From: an uncultured Actinomyces sp.
Lineage (GTDB): Bacteria > Actinomycetota > Actinomycetes > Actinomycetales > Actinomycetaceae
Direction: 5' to 3'
NCBI GenBank assembly: GCA_946998115.1
Contig: CAMPYB010000001.1
Span: forward strand, 12,648 to 76,647
DNA length: 64,000 bases
The position numbers and the translations under genes were made by a program. The first letter of the stretch is position 1; every line of letters starts with the position of its first letter. Under the pieces are notes generated by a model. That model was not told the DNA's origin. It searched no databases and saw nothing but the letters and a program-made list of their open reading frames with translations. This document shows, one piece after another, positions 55,072-64,000 of this stretch.

Positions 55072-56184
55072 TTAATCAACTATATCCAAATCTATAGTTT
55101 TCAAATCTTCCGTATTAATATCATTATCGTCGCAACTATCAATTTTGCTTTCCTGCAAATTGTTCTCATCCATATTCGCATACTTACCGATTTTCAAAAC
55201 TTTTCTTATTTCTTCTTCAATCTCAGCAGCAAGTTGAGGATTATCTTTCAAAAGTCTACGCACATTTTCTTTTCCTTGTCCAAGACTTTCAGAATTATAC
55301 CTGAACCAAGACCCAGATTTCACAATGACTTTACAATCTATTCCATAATCAATCAACGTTGATTCATGAGAAATACCCTCACCATAAATAATATCAAATT
55401 CAGCAGTTTTAAACGGAGGAGCCATTTTATTTTTCACAACTTTAGCTCTGGTACGATTGCCAACAACATCTGAACCATCTTTAAGCGACTCACTACGCTT
55501 AATTTCAATTCTAACTGATGCATAAAACTTTAATGCTTTACCACCAGTAGTAGTTTCAGGATTACCAAAAACCATACCAATTTTATCGCGTAACTGATTA
55601 ATAAATATTGTAGTAGTTCCAGTTGCAGACATCGTACCTGTAAGTTTACGCATTGCTTGGCTCATAAGCCTAGCTTGCAACCCCATATGAGATTCGCCCA
55701 TTATACCTTCAATTTCAGCTTTAGGAACTAATGCAGCAACAGAGTCTACAACAATAAGATCAACGCCTCCAGAACGAATCAAAATATCAGCTATTTCCAA
55801 AGCCTGCTCGCCTGTATCAGGTTGAGACACAAGCAAATTCTCAATATCGACACCTAAATTTTTAGCATATTCAGGGTCTAAAGCATGCTCAGCATCAATA
55901 AAAGCCGCAGTTCCTCCAGCTTTTTGCACCTGTGCAACAGCATGCAAAGCAACAGTTGTTTTACCAGAAGATTCTTGTCCATATATTTCAATAATGCGAC
56001 CTTTAGGCAGTCCTCCTATACCCAGAGCAATATCCAAAGCAAAAGAACCTGTTGGAATAACAGCGATAGGAACGTTCGCTCTTTCACCTAAGCGCATTAC
56101 CGACCCTTTACCGAACTGTTTATTTATTTCACTTAACGCGGATTTCAAAGCCGCATTACGATCTTGCGAAGAAAGTTTAGACAT
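55072..56184 (-). CDS. recA: Recombinase RecA (no intein)
   Basis: [66 protein letters not shown]. Confidence 0.98.
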   Translation of the reverse strand: MSKLSSQDRNAALKSALSEINKQFGKGSVMRLGERANVPIAVIPTGSFALDIALGIGGLPKGRIIEIYGQESSGKTTVALHAVAQVQKAGGTAAFIDAEHALDPEYAKNLGVDIENLLVSQPDTGEQALEIADILIRSGGVDLIVVDSVAALVPKAEIEGIMGESHMGLQARLMSQAMRKLTGTMSATGTTTIFINQLRDKIGMVFGNPETTTGGKALKFYASVRIEIKRSESLKDGSDVVGNRTRAKVVKNKMAPPFKTAEFDIIYGEGISHESTLIDYGIDCKVIVKSGSWFRYNSESLGQGKENVRRLLKDNPQLAAEIEEEIRKVLKIGKYANMDENNLQESKIDSCDDNDINTEDLKTIDLDIVD

Positions 56185-56350
56185 CTTTTTCCTTCAAATA
56201 ATGCGCAAAAGCGCGACCGACAGAACTGGTTTACAAAATAGAATTTCCCTCACCGAGAATCTATATACAACACTACGCTCAACCAAAAACGTATTTTTGA
56301 AAAATATCAAAAATGTGGATAACTCAAAAGTTGTACAAGGAAATTGTAAA

Positions 56351-56366
56351 TCGTACATTTGTTCGA
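56351..56366. promoter_or_regulatory. LexA (SOS/Cheo) box upstream of recA
   Basis: TCGTACATTTGTTCGA, one mismatch to the Gram-positive consensus TCGAAC-N4-GTTCGA. Confidence 0.7.
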
Positions 56367-56439
56367 ATCAAGAAAAATAGCAATAATACACAAATAATAT
56401 TTAAAATATAAAAATCGTTTTTTATTTACTAAACAAAAA

Positions 56440-56667
56440 CTATTTTTTATTGTTCTTTTTATCCAAACGATGTGCCCACATAAACTTTTTATCTACACCA
56501 GTTTCAAGTACTAAAGCTTGCCAAACTTCAATAATTTTCTCACCACGCGACAAAGCAACTTCAGCTGTAACACCAAACTTTACTAAAACAAGATCGGTAT
56601 ATAAACTCCTGCCATAAGCGCTACCATAAACCTCTTCCAAACAAGTGAAAAATTCAGAAGACTTCAA
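56440..56667 (-). CDS. DUF3046 domain protein
   Basis: MKSSEFF..LEEVYG.AYGRSL..DLVL...TA..AL..G.....VW.AL; usual position between clgR and recA. Confidence 0.85.
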   Translation of the reverse strand: MKSSEFFTCLEEVYGSAYGRSLYTDLVLVKFGVTAEVALSRGEKIIEVWQALVLETGVDKKFMWAHRLDKKNNKK

Positions 56668-56670
56668 TTT

Positions 56671-57030
56671 TTATTTCACAACCTGTACAGGAATCGAAAA
56701 ATCTAAATGAGAAATCATGTAAGCATCCAAATTACTGGCAATCTTACGCAAAACCATTGACAAAGAAATGTTCATAGCAACGCATATAGATGCTAAAAGC
56801 TCAGAAGAAGCTTCCTTTTGCCCACGCTCAACTTCACTCAAATACCCCAAAGACACCATAGCTTTTTGTGACACATCACGCAAAGTCATTTTTTTAGACT
56901 TCCGAATATCGCGCAAAACCCTACCGAGTTCTTGCCTAAATAATGGCATATTATCAACGTTAGGAGTAATTATAGACCTCGTCATAACAACGCCATTAAA
57001 ATCTACATTCAAATCATTTCTTTTATTCAT
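56671..57030 (-). CDS. clgR: XRE-family HTH regulator, ClgR-like
   Basis: [14 protein letters not shown]....[33 protein letters not shown]; the true start may be 56985. Confidence 0.8.
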   Translation of the reverse strand: MNKRNDLNVDFNGVVMTRSIITPNVDNMPLFRQELGRVLRDIRKSKKMTLRDVSQKAMVSLGYLSEVERGQKEASSELLASICVAMNISLSMVLRKIASNLDAYMISHLDFSIPVQVVK

Positions 57031-57230
57031 AAAGTCTTATACAATCCTTCAGTAAAAATTATTCCCAAAAAGGAATTGATTAAAAATCATAACACATATA
57101 ACTATAAAAATACACTCATAAAATAACTGTTATTACATATAAGAACTTGCGACGCTTATAAAATTATAAAATAAGCTACAAAATTCAATAAAACACTATC
57201 AAACACAAATTCGACAATCTTCAAATCACA

Positions 57231-57839
57231 CTATTTTTTATTCGTTTTCAAAGCAAGCCACATTGCATAAAGATAATCTACAAAAGTAATAATAGTAAGG
57301 GCAAAAGCTACCCAATACACAGTTGCAAAAATACACTTATAAACAAAGATAGCAAAAGTATCGAAAACAAAAATATATGAAAATGGAAATACAAACAAAA
57401 AAATTAGAAACATTTGAAATGTAGTTTTCCACTTAGCTAAATTAGAAGCAGAAATAACAACATTTTTCAATAACAATATTCGCAATACAGTAATAATCAA
57501 ATCCCTAAGAGTAACAATAATTGTAAAGTACCAAGGCAAAACACCAATATACGACAAAGCTATAAATCCACCTAAAACTAAACATTTGTCGGCAATAGGA
57601 TCAACTATCTTCCCATATACAGTTACAAGATCATATTTACGAGCCCAATACCCATCTAACTTATCACTAGCAGCCGCTAACATGTATAAAATTGCTATAG
57701 TCCACACTAACCATGGTGAATAATTATCAAAATTATACACATACACTAATAGGAAAATAAAAATTGGAGAAACAATCAAACGAAAAGTTGTAACAATATT
57801 TGCCAAGTTGAAAATATTTTTCTTCTCATCACAAGACAT
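57231..57839 (-). CDS. pgsA: CDP-diacylglycerol--glycerol-3-phosphate 3-phosphatidyltransferase
   Basis: NLANIVTTFRL and CDP-alcohol motif SDKLDGYWARKY..VT.YGKIVDPIADK; AKWKT. Confidence 0.92.
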   Translation of the reverse strand: MSCDEKKNIFNLANIVTTFRLIVSPIFIFLLVYVYNFDNYSPWLVWTIAILYMLAAASDKLDGYWARKYDLVTVYGKIVDPIADKCLVLGGFIALSYIGVLPWYFTIIVTLRDLIITVLRILLLKNVVISASNLAKWKTTFQMFLIFLFVFPFSYIFVFDTFAIFVYKCIFATVYWVAFALTIITFVDYLYAMWLALKTNKK

Positions 57840-57847
57840 TTCTTCCC

Positions 57848-60589
57848 CTACCTGCCAGTAAGTTGCCAAGCATCTTCATCATTTTCTTCGTCGTCGTAAA
57901 ATGTTACAACATCACTATAATTAGACAAAGCACCACTATTTTTATAATCACTGTCAATATTACCACATTGAGACACATTTTTATGATCATCATTATAAGA
58001 ATGCGTATTATTATCTAACGCGTTATCAGGATTACTGTCGTCACTACAGTCACTAACACCATTCAACATATCTAAAACCTTAGGCAACATTTCTACTTGA
58101 ACAAGTACATCTCTAGGTTTAGAGCCTTTTGATGGTCCAACAATATTACGAGACTCCAGCAAATCCATCAAACGTCCTGCTCGCGCAAAACCTATACGTA
58201 ATTTTCGTTGCAACATTGAAACTGACCCAACTTGACAAGTTACAACAATTTTAGCTGCACGCAATAAATCTTCTAAATCACTACCAATATCATCAGGAAC
58301 TATTTTCTGTTGCTTTTCTTCAACAACATCTTGACGATATTTAGGTGATAATTGCTCTTTAACATGATTCACAACTGCATGAATCTCACTCTCACTAACC
58401 CATGCTCCCTGTACTCTGACAGGTTTGCTACTACCTGAACTCAAATATAAAGCATCACCCTGCCCTATCAATTTTTCAGCACCAGACTGATCCAAAATCA
58501 CTTTAGAATCAACTGCAGCAGAAGTAGCAAAAGCAAGTCTTGACGGAATGTTAGACTTAATCAAACCTGTTACAACATCAACACTAGGTCGCTGTGTTGC
58601 GACAACAATATGCACACCAGCAGCTCTTCCAAGTTGAGTTATACGCTGAATAGAACTTTCTACATCACGTGGCGCAACCATCATTAAATCAGCAAGCTCA
58701 TCAACAATAGTCAATAAATATGGCATAGGCGCTAACTTACGCTTACTACCAGGCAAAGGTTGAACTTTTCCTTCGCGAATAGCTTTATTAAAATCATCAA
58801 TATGCTTATAACCATAAGTAGACATATCGTCATAACGATAATCCATTTCTTTCACTACCCATTCCAAAGCCTGTGCCGCTTTTTTAGAATCAGTAATGAT
58901 AGGTGTTATAAGATGAGCAATACCTTCATAAATAGTTAGTTCAACTCTTTTAGGATCAACTAAAATCATACGCACTTGATCAGGAGTTGCTCTCATCATA
59001 ATAGAAGTTATCATAGAATTTACAAAAGAAGATTTTCCACTACCAGTAGCCCCCGCAACGAGCAAATGTGGCGTTTTCACTAAATTAGTTGTAACAAAAT
59101 CGCCTTCAACATCCTTACCTAATCCAACTACCATAGGATGTGGATTAGACAAAGCCACTTTAGAGCGAAGCACGTCACCTAAAGCTACAATTTCCCTATC
59201 CTTATTAGGAATCTCAATACCTATAGCAGATTTACCTGGTATAGGTGATAAAATTCTAACTTCATCAGTTGCAACAGCATACGCTATATCCTTAGAAAGC
59301 TTAGTTACGCTGTCAACTTTAGCACCAACCCCTAAATGTATTTCATACAAAGTAACAGTAGGTCCTCTTGAAAAACCATCCACAGTTGCATCAACATTGA
59401 ACTGTTCAAAAAGTTTTGTCAACGCGACTACGACTTTATCATTATCAGCAGAATGTTTGACAGATTCAGCTCCATATTTCAATAAGTTATAATCAGGTAA
59501 AGTATATTCTACTTGTGGTGCTCGTAAAAGTTGCACGCTAGCTCTATTTTTACTATATTCTTCATCAAAATTGTCACTATTTTTCTCAATTCCATCTGAT
59601 AGTGTATTTTTGTAAGCATCGCCACCAACATTATCACTGCCAAACAGCTCAGCAGAATTTGCATCTTTACGATTATGCAAATTATTCATAAAATCAGACT
59701 TATTCCCTTTAGGATCTATATTTTCATGTGTAATAGCCAAATCGTTTTGTGAATAGTCTTTAGGATAATCTTGCGTTTGCTCATATAAGTCTTGAGGATA
59801 TTTTTCTTTTTGAAGCAATCTAGTTCGCTCTTCATCATTTTCTGAATTATTTTTCCTATTTTTAGATAGAAAATTCAAACTAGAAAGAAAAGTATTTTTT
59901 TTATCTTTTTCAATAGCGTTCGCAAAAGGCTCATCGCCATTATAAAGATCTAACTGTTTAGGCCCATAATTTTCTGCACCACTATTTGTAACTGTTTTTC
60001 CTGTTCTACAAAAATTAAAAAATTCTTTTACACTCATACCTGAAATATAAATAGCGGAAAAAATAATAATTAATATTAGCAAAATTATAGTTACAGGAGC
60101 TGAAAATAAGTAGACTAAAGGCCTGCCAATAATCCACCCTAAAAATCCTCCAGAAGATTGCATAGCATTTAAATCTGAAAAAGAATTCTCACCCAAAATT
60201 ATTTGAGTAATACCAAGAATTGAAACAAAAATAATAAAAGAAGCAATAAATATCTTTGTGCCTCTATTATGCGCATCAAAATTTCTAATCAATAAAAAAG
60301 CAATAAATACAAAAACAACTGGTAGCAAAAAAGCAAAAATTCCAACAATAGTAGTAAAAATATTATGAATTACACTACCAGCTACTCCAGAAATACCAAA
60401 CCATTCTTCAAGACAAACTATAACTGCTAAAGCTAAAAGTAAAAAGCCTAGGCCATCACGATGCACAGGATTATCCAACCATGAAGATTTAGATTCGTTC
60501 ATCTCATTTTTTGCTCTATTAGAAACAAATTTTTTGAAAAATTTTTTTAAAAAACTATTAGAACTATTTTTCTTCGATTTCCCTGCCAT
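57848..60589 (-). CDS. ftsK: DNA translocase FtsK
   Basis: N-terminal 4-TM domain, [45 protein letters not shown], gamma domain [19 protein letters not shown]. Confidence 0.96.
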   Translation of the reverse strand: MAGKSKKNSSNSFLKKFFKKFVSNRAKNEMNESKSSWLDNPVHRDGLGFLLLALAVIVCLEEWFGISGVAGSVIHNIFTTIVGIFAFLLPVVFVFIAFLLIRNFDAHNRGTKIFIASFIIFVSILGITQIILGENSFSDLNAMQSSGGFLGWIIGRPLVYLFSAPVTIILLILIIIFSAIYISGMSVKEFFNFCRTGKTVTNSGAENYGPKQLDLYNGDEPFANAIEKDKKNTFLSSLNFLSKNRKNNSENDEERTRLLQKEKYPQDLYEQTQDYPKDYSQNDLAITHENIDPKGNKSDFMNNLHNRKDANSAELFGSDNVGGDAYKNTLSDGIEKNSDNFDEEYSKNRASVQLLRAPQVEYTLPDYNLLKYGAESVKHSADNDKVVVALTKLFEQFNVDATVDGFSRGPTVTLYEIHLGVGAKVDSVTKLSKDIAYAVATDEVRILSPIPGKSAIGIEIPNKDREIVALGDVLRSKVALSNPHPMVVGLGKDVEGDFVTTNLVKTPHLLVAGATGSGKSSFVNSMITSIMMRATPDQVRMILVDPKRVELTIYEGIAHLITPIITDSKKAAQALEWVVKEMDYRYDDMSTYGYKHIDDFNKAIREGKVQPLPGSKRKLAPMPYLLTIVDELADLMMVAPRDVESSIQRITQLGRAAGVHIVVATQRPSVDVVTGLIKSNIPSRLAFATSAAVDSKVILDQSGAEKLIGQGDALYLSSGSSKPVRVQGAWVSESEIHAVVNHVKEQLSPKYRQDVVEEKQQKIVPDDIGSDLEDLLRAAKIVVTCQVGSVSMLQRKLRIGFARAGRLMDLLESRNIVGPSKGSKPRDVLVQVEMLPKVLDMLNGVSDCSDDSNPDNALDNNTHSYNDDHKNVSQCGNIDSDYKNSGALSNYSDVVTFYDDEENDEDAWQLTGR

Positions 60590-60709
60590 CTAATACCAAT
60601 CCTGCAATAAAAATATACCAACAATACAATTTATTCAAAAATATATATAAAGTTCAACACACTATCCAAAATATTTTATAAAACTTCAAATATTTCAATT
60701 CGCTAGATT

Positions 60710-61657
60710 TCATCCCAACAAAGATTGTTTCAAAAATATATCTATTTCTGAAGCAGTAGGACAATTTGTATAACCAAATTTGCTAGCGCAAATACTTGCC
60801 GCTAAATTTGCTCTACGAACACTTTCGTAAATACCGAAACCCGACATCAAACTCGCCACTAAAACACCAGTGTGAGCATCAGCAATACCTGCAGTATCAA
60901 CTGGGTCTTTCCTTATACAAGGCACAGACAAAATCTTATTCTCATGATTTTTAGGTTTTACCATACAATCATCGAGTCCATCACGAACAATAATCATAGC
61001 ATCATCTTTCATTTTTTCATGCATATATTTCCAAAAATCTTTATCAGTAATTTCACCAAAAAGAATAGAAACTTCTCGTTTATTAATAGTCAAAATATCT
61101 GTAAAGTTCAAAATCTTATCAATGTCAATTTCGCTTGTAACAAATGATCCTGGAGAGAAAACAATTTTAACATCACACTCTATTTGTTCAAGCCATTGAA
61201 AAATAACCTTAGCACTACTAGCATTTGCTAAATCCATACCAGAAATAAAAATATAATCACCATCACGCAAGGTTATATCAAGTAATTCTGAAAGCTGTGG
61301 TTCAATTTCAACACCAGAAGACACAATATTCGTGTAATTACCTTCACTATCGCGCAAACTGATATTCATACCATTGTCACCGACAACTTCTTCAACAAGA
61401 AAATCAATATTTTCAATACGAAAAGCTTCTTTTATTTGCTTAGAATTAGGGCCTGTTCCTAGCGGACTAGCACAATAAGATTTTATTCCTTGCCGTGCAA
61501 CTGCTGATAAAACAGAAAAACCGCCACCTATAACTATTGATGAAGCGTGCGCAAACACACCACAACCTGTACTTGGAATTTTTTCTAAATTCAAAGGTAA
61601 ATCCATCACTATACTTTGTGTAGAAATAAAACAAGGTTCATCATTTTTGCGATACAT
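60710..61657 (-). CDS. PfkB/ribokinase family carbohydrate kinase with a variant anion-hole motif
   Basis: IGGGFSVL..VARQG, LGTGPNS, LTINKRE, VDTAGIADAHTG, ANLAASI. Confidence 0.8.
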   Translation of the reverse strand: MYRKNDEPCFISTQSIVMDLPLNLEKIPSTGCGVFAHASSIVIGGGFSVLSAVARQGIKSYCASPLGTGPNSKQIKEAFRIENIDFLVEEVVGDNGMNISLRDSEGNYTNIVSSGVEIEPQLSELLDITLRDGDYIFISGMDLANASSAKVIFQWLEQIECDVKIVFSPGSFVTSEIDIDKILNFTDILTINKREVSILFGEITDKDFWKYMHEKMKDDAMIIVRDGLDDCMVKPKNHENKILSVPCIRKDPVDTAGIADAHTGVLVASLMSGFGIYESVRRANLAASICASKFGYTNCPTASEIDIFLKQSLLG

Positions 61658-61812
61658 GTTTTCCTCACTTAAACGTATCTCTAACTATTATATGTATTTA
61701 TGTTGAAGCAAAAAAATAAAACAAAAATAATTACACAAACTAAAATTATTTTCGCAAAAAACACTTTATTTTTACAATATAAACACAAAACATGTTAAAA
61801 ACAATATAAATT

Positions 61813-63522
61813 TTATTCGTTAACAGCTATTACTACAGGCATAATTACAGGATAACGACGTAAAATTTTCGACAAAAACTTTCCCAACACACGTCTTGCT
61901 ACTTGTTGGAGAACATGAGTATTCGTTTCGCCTTTAGACAAACACTGTTGTATTGCTTCATTTATTTTCTCCGCTATAGATTCAAAAGCAAAATTATCTT
62001 CACTCACACATTTAAACTCTATATGTGCAGGTGACAATAAAAGTTTCCTTTCTAAATCTACAACTATTACAACATTGATTATTCCTTCACTGCCCAATAC
62101 AAGACGTTGATCTAAATATTTGCGATCAAGTTCTCCTACACTATTACCATCCACATAAACATATTCGTTAGGGATACGTGCAACACACTTAGCTTTCCCG
62201 TTTTTTAAATGCACAACAGTTCCATTAGGTGCATACAAAACATTCTCATTAGGCACTCCAGTTAACATTGCAAGTTTAGCATTAGCTATCAAATGCCTGC
62301 TTTGCCCATGAATAGGCATAACATTTTTAGGTTTGACAATGTTATAACAATATAAAAGTTCGCCACTACCAGCATGACCTGAAACATGAACTTTTGCTTT
62401 AGCTTGATGTACAACATTAACACCCATTGAAGCAAGTTCATTTATAACTTTAAATACTTTATTTTCATTTCCAGGAATAAGAGAAGAAGCAAAAATAACA
62501 GTATCCTCAGAAGAAACAGAAATAAAAGCATGCGATTTACGCGCAATACGAGCCAAAGCCGCTAAAGGCTCCCCTTGAGAACCAGTTACCATATATACTC
62601 TGCGCTCTTCTGGCAAAGATACAATTTCGCGTGTGCTGACAATAATATTAGGATCTGGGAGCTTTAAATATCCACGATCAATTGCTATTTGCATATTCTT
62701 TACCATCGAACGACCAACTAAGCAAACAACTCTGTCATGCTTATAAGCAACATCAATAACTTGTTGAACTCTATGCACATGAGAAGAAAATGAAGCAACT
62801 ACAATCTGCCCATTAACTTTATTAAAATAGTTGTCAAGCACTGGAGTTATTTCACGCTCTGATGCAGTAAAACCTGGGTTTTCAGCGTTTGTTGAATCTG
62901 TCATAAATAAGTCAACGCCTTCTTCACCAAGACGAGCAAAAGCACGCAAATCAGTAAGTCTGCCATCTAGAGGTAACTGATCCATTTTAAAATCGCCAGT
63001 AGTCAAAACATTACCAGCACCAGTCCTTATCATAACTGCAAGCGCGTCAGGTATTGAATGATTTACTGCAACAAATTCCAAATCAAAATTTTGCAAAGAG
63101 TATTTTTCATTTTCAGATACTTCTATGAAATTAGGATTTTTAATACCGAATTCTTCAAGTTTAGATGATAAGAAAGCTAAAGTTAATTTAGAAGAAATAA
63201 TAGGTATATTCTTACGATAGTTAAGCAAATAAGGTACAGCACCAATATGGTCTTCATGACCATGAGTTAAAACAAGTCCCTCTACACGATTAATATTTTC
63301 AAGTACATAAGTAAAATCTGGCAATATCAAATCTACACCGGGATGCGATTCTGTTGGGAAATAAACGCCACAATCTACAATAAGCATTTTTGAATTATAT
63401 TCAAACACTGTCATATTGCGCCCAACTTCGCCTAACCCTCCAAGAGGTATAATCCGAAGCGCATCAGTTTCACCAAGGTCATAGTTTTCAGTTAAATGCA
63501 ACTTTTTAATATCTAAATCCAC
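61813..63522 (-). CDS. rnj: Ribonuclease J
   Basis: IPLGGLGEVGRNM, LTHGHEDHIG, NHSIPD, TGDFK, TGSQGEP, HVSGH, MPIHG. Confidence 0.96.
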   Translation of the reverse strand: MDLDIKKLHLTENYDLGETDALRIIPLGGLGEVGRNMTVFEYNSKMLIVDCGVYFPTESHPGVDLILPDFTYVLENINRVEGLVLTHGHEDHIGAVPYLLNYRKNIPIISSKLTLAFLSSKLEEFGIKNPNFIEVSENEKYSLQNFDLEFVAVNHSIPDALAVMIRTGAGNVLTTGDFKMDQLPLDGRLTDLRAFARLGEEGVDLFMTDSTNAENPGFTASEREITPVLDNYFNKVNGQIVVASFSSHVHRVQQVIDVAYKHDRVVCLVGRSMVKNMQIAIDRGYLKLPDPNIIVSTREIVSLPEERRVYMVTGSQGEPLAALARIARKSHAFISVSSEDTVIFASSLIPGNENKVFKVINELASMGVNVVHQAKAKVHVSGHAGSGELLYCYNIVKPKNVMPIHGQSRHLIANAKLAMLTGVPNENVLYAPNGTVVHLKNGKAKCVARIPNEYVYVDGNSVGELDRKYLDQRLVLGSEGIINVVIVVDLERKLLLSPAHIEFKCVSEDNFAFESIAEKINEAIQQCLSKGETNTHVLQQVARRVLGKFLSKILRRYPVIMPVVIAVNE

Positions 63523-63616
63523 TTTTTATCTTCCTATTTTGAATAATAGTCCTTAGCACAACTGTTTATTGCAACCATTGTACTACACAATTTTAAATCA
63601 TCTTTTAAACAGGACG

Positions 63617-64000
63617 TTATAAATCATTTTCATGCCTTTTTAGACGTCTCATAAGCGACGCAACAGCTTGTTCTGGAGTTATTTTTCCTTCTATAATTTT
63701 GTATATAGCTTCTGTTATTGGCATTTTAACGCCAATTCTTTGACTCATTTCATATATCACTTTTGTAGCTGCTATGCCTTCAACAACCATTCCGATTTCT
63801 TTTTGAGTTTGCTCAACATTATGCCCTTTACCTATAAGTATACCAGCTCTTCTGTTTCTAGAATGCATACTTGTACACGTAACTATTAGGTCTCCCATTC
63901 CTGTAAGCCCAGCAAAAGTTTCACTCTCAGCACCAAGCGCCACACCAAAAGCCTTAATCTCACACATACCACGAGTCATAAGCGCAGCCTTTGAATTATC
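63617..64000 (-). CDS. gpsA: NAD(P)H-dependent glycerol-3-phosphate dehydrogenase, C-terminal part (5' end outside the window)
   Basis: [45 protein letters not shown]. Confidence 0.92.
   Translation of the reverse strand, partial: DNSKAALMTRGMCEIKAFGVALGAESETFAGLTGMGDLIVTCTSMHSRNRRAGILIGKGHNVEQTQKEIGMVVEGIAATKVIYEMSQRIGVKMPITEAIYKIIEGKITPEQAVASLMRRLKRHENDL

Noticed and set aside
55072..56184. Intein in RecA
   Set aside because: RecA is normal length with contiguous motifs and only an acidic C-terminal tail.

Overview
This window is chromosomal DNA from an unusually AT-rich member of the Actinomycetota (roughly 30% GC by eye). Protein motifs, gene order and leaderless genes point to an Actinomycetaceae-like lineage; that assignment is an inference. 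Most genes lie on the minus strand. The backbone is the conserved actinobacterial housekeeping order: rnj-ftsK-pgsA-clgR-DUF3046-recA-recX-miaB-miaA-dinG, ligA-gatCAB, ilvBNC-ilvE-FAH-gltX-tRNAs, and murA-plsC-ddl. There are four tRNA genes (His-GUG, Glu-UUC, Gln-CUG, Arg-CCG). I see no integrase, transposase, prophage or CRISPR array. The departures from the usual backbone are the interesting part: (1) a single-chain triple RidA; (2) an intact FAH-family gene that has lost its catalytic residues; (3) three tandem AlsT/AgcS amino-acid symporters beside an ilv cluster with no leu genes; (4) a candidate leaderless Ile/Leu/Val-rich uORF overlapping the ilvB start, with no attenuator hairpin; (5) an orphan EccC/EssC-like FtsK ATPase with only one intact ATPase domain; (6) a TetR-YhgE/Pip cassette with a perfect operator palindrome, inserted between gltX and tRNA-Gln; (7) a Firmicutes-type gpsA away from its usual locus; (8) a charged insertion of about 60 aa in LigA; and (9) a candidate CU-rich small RNA between gatC and cls. 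All calls come from reading motifs by eye; no database searches were run.
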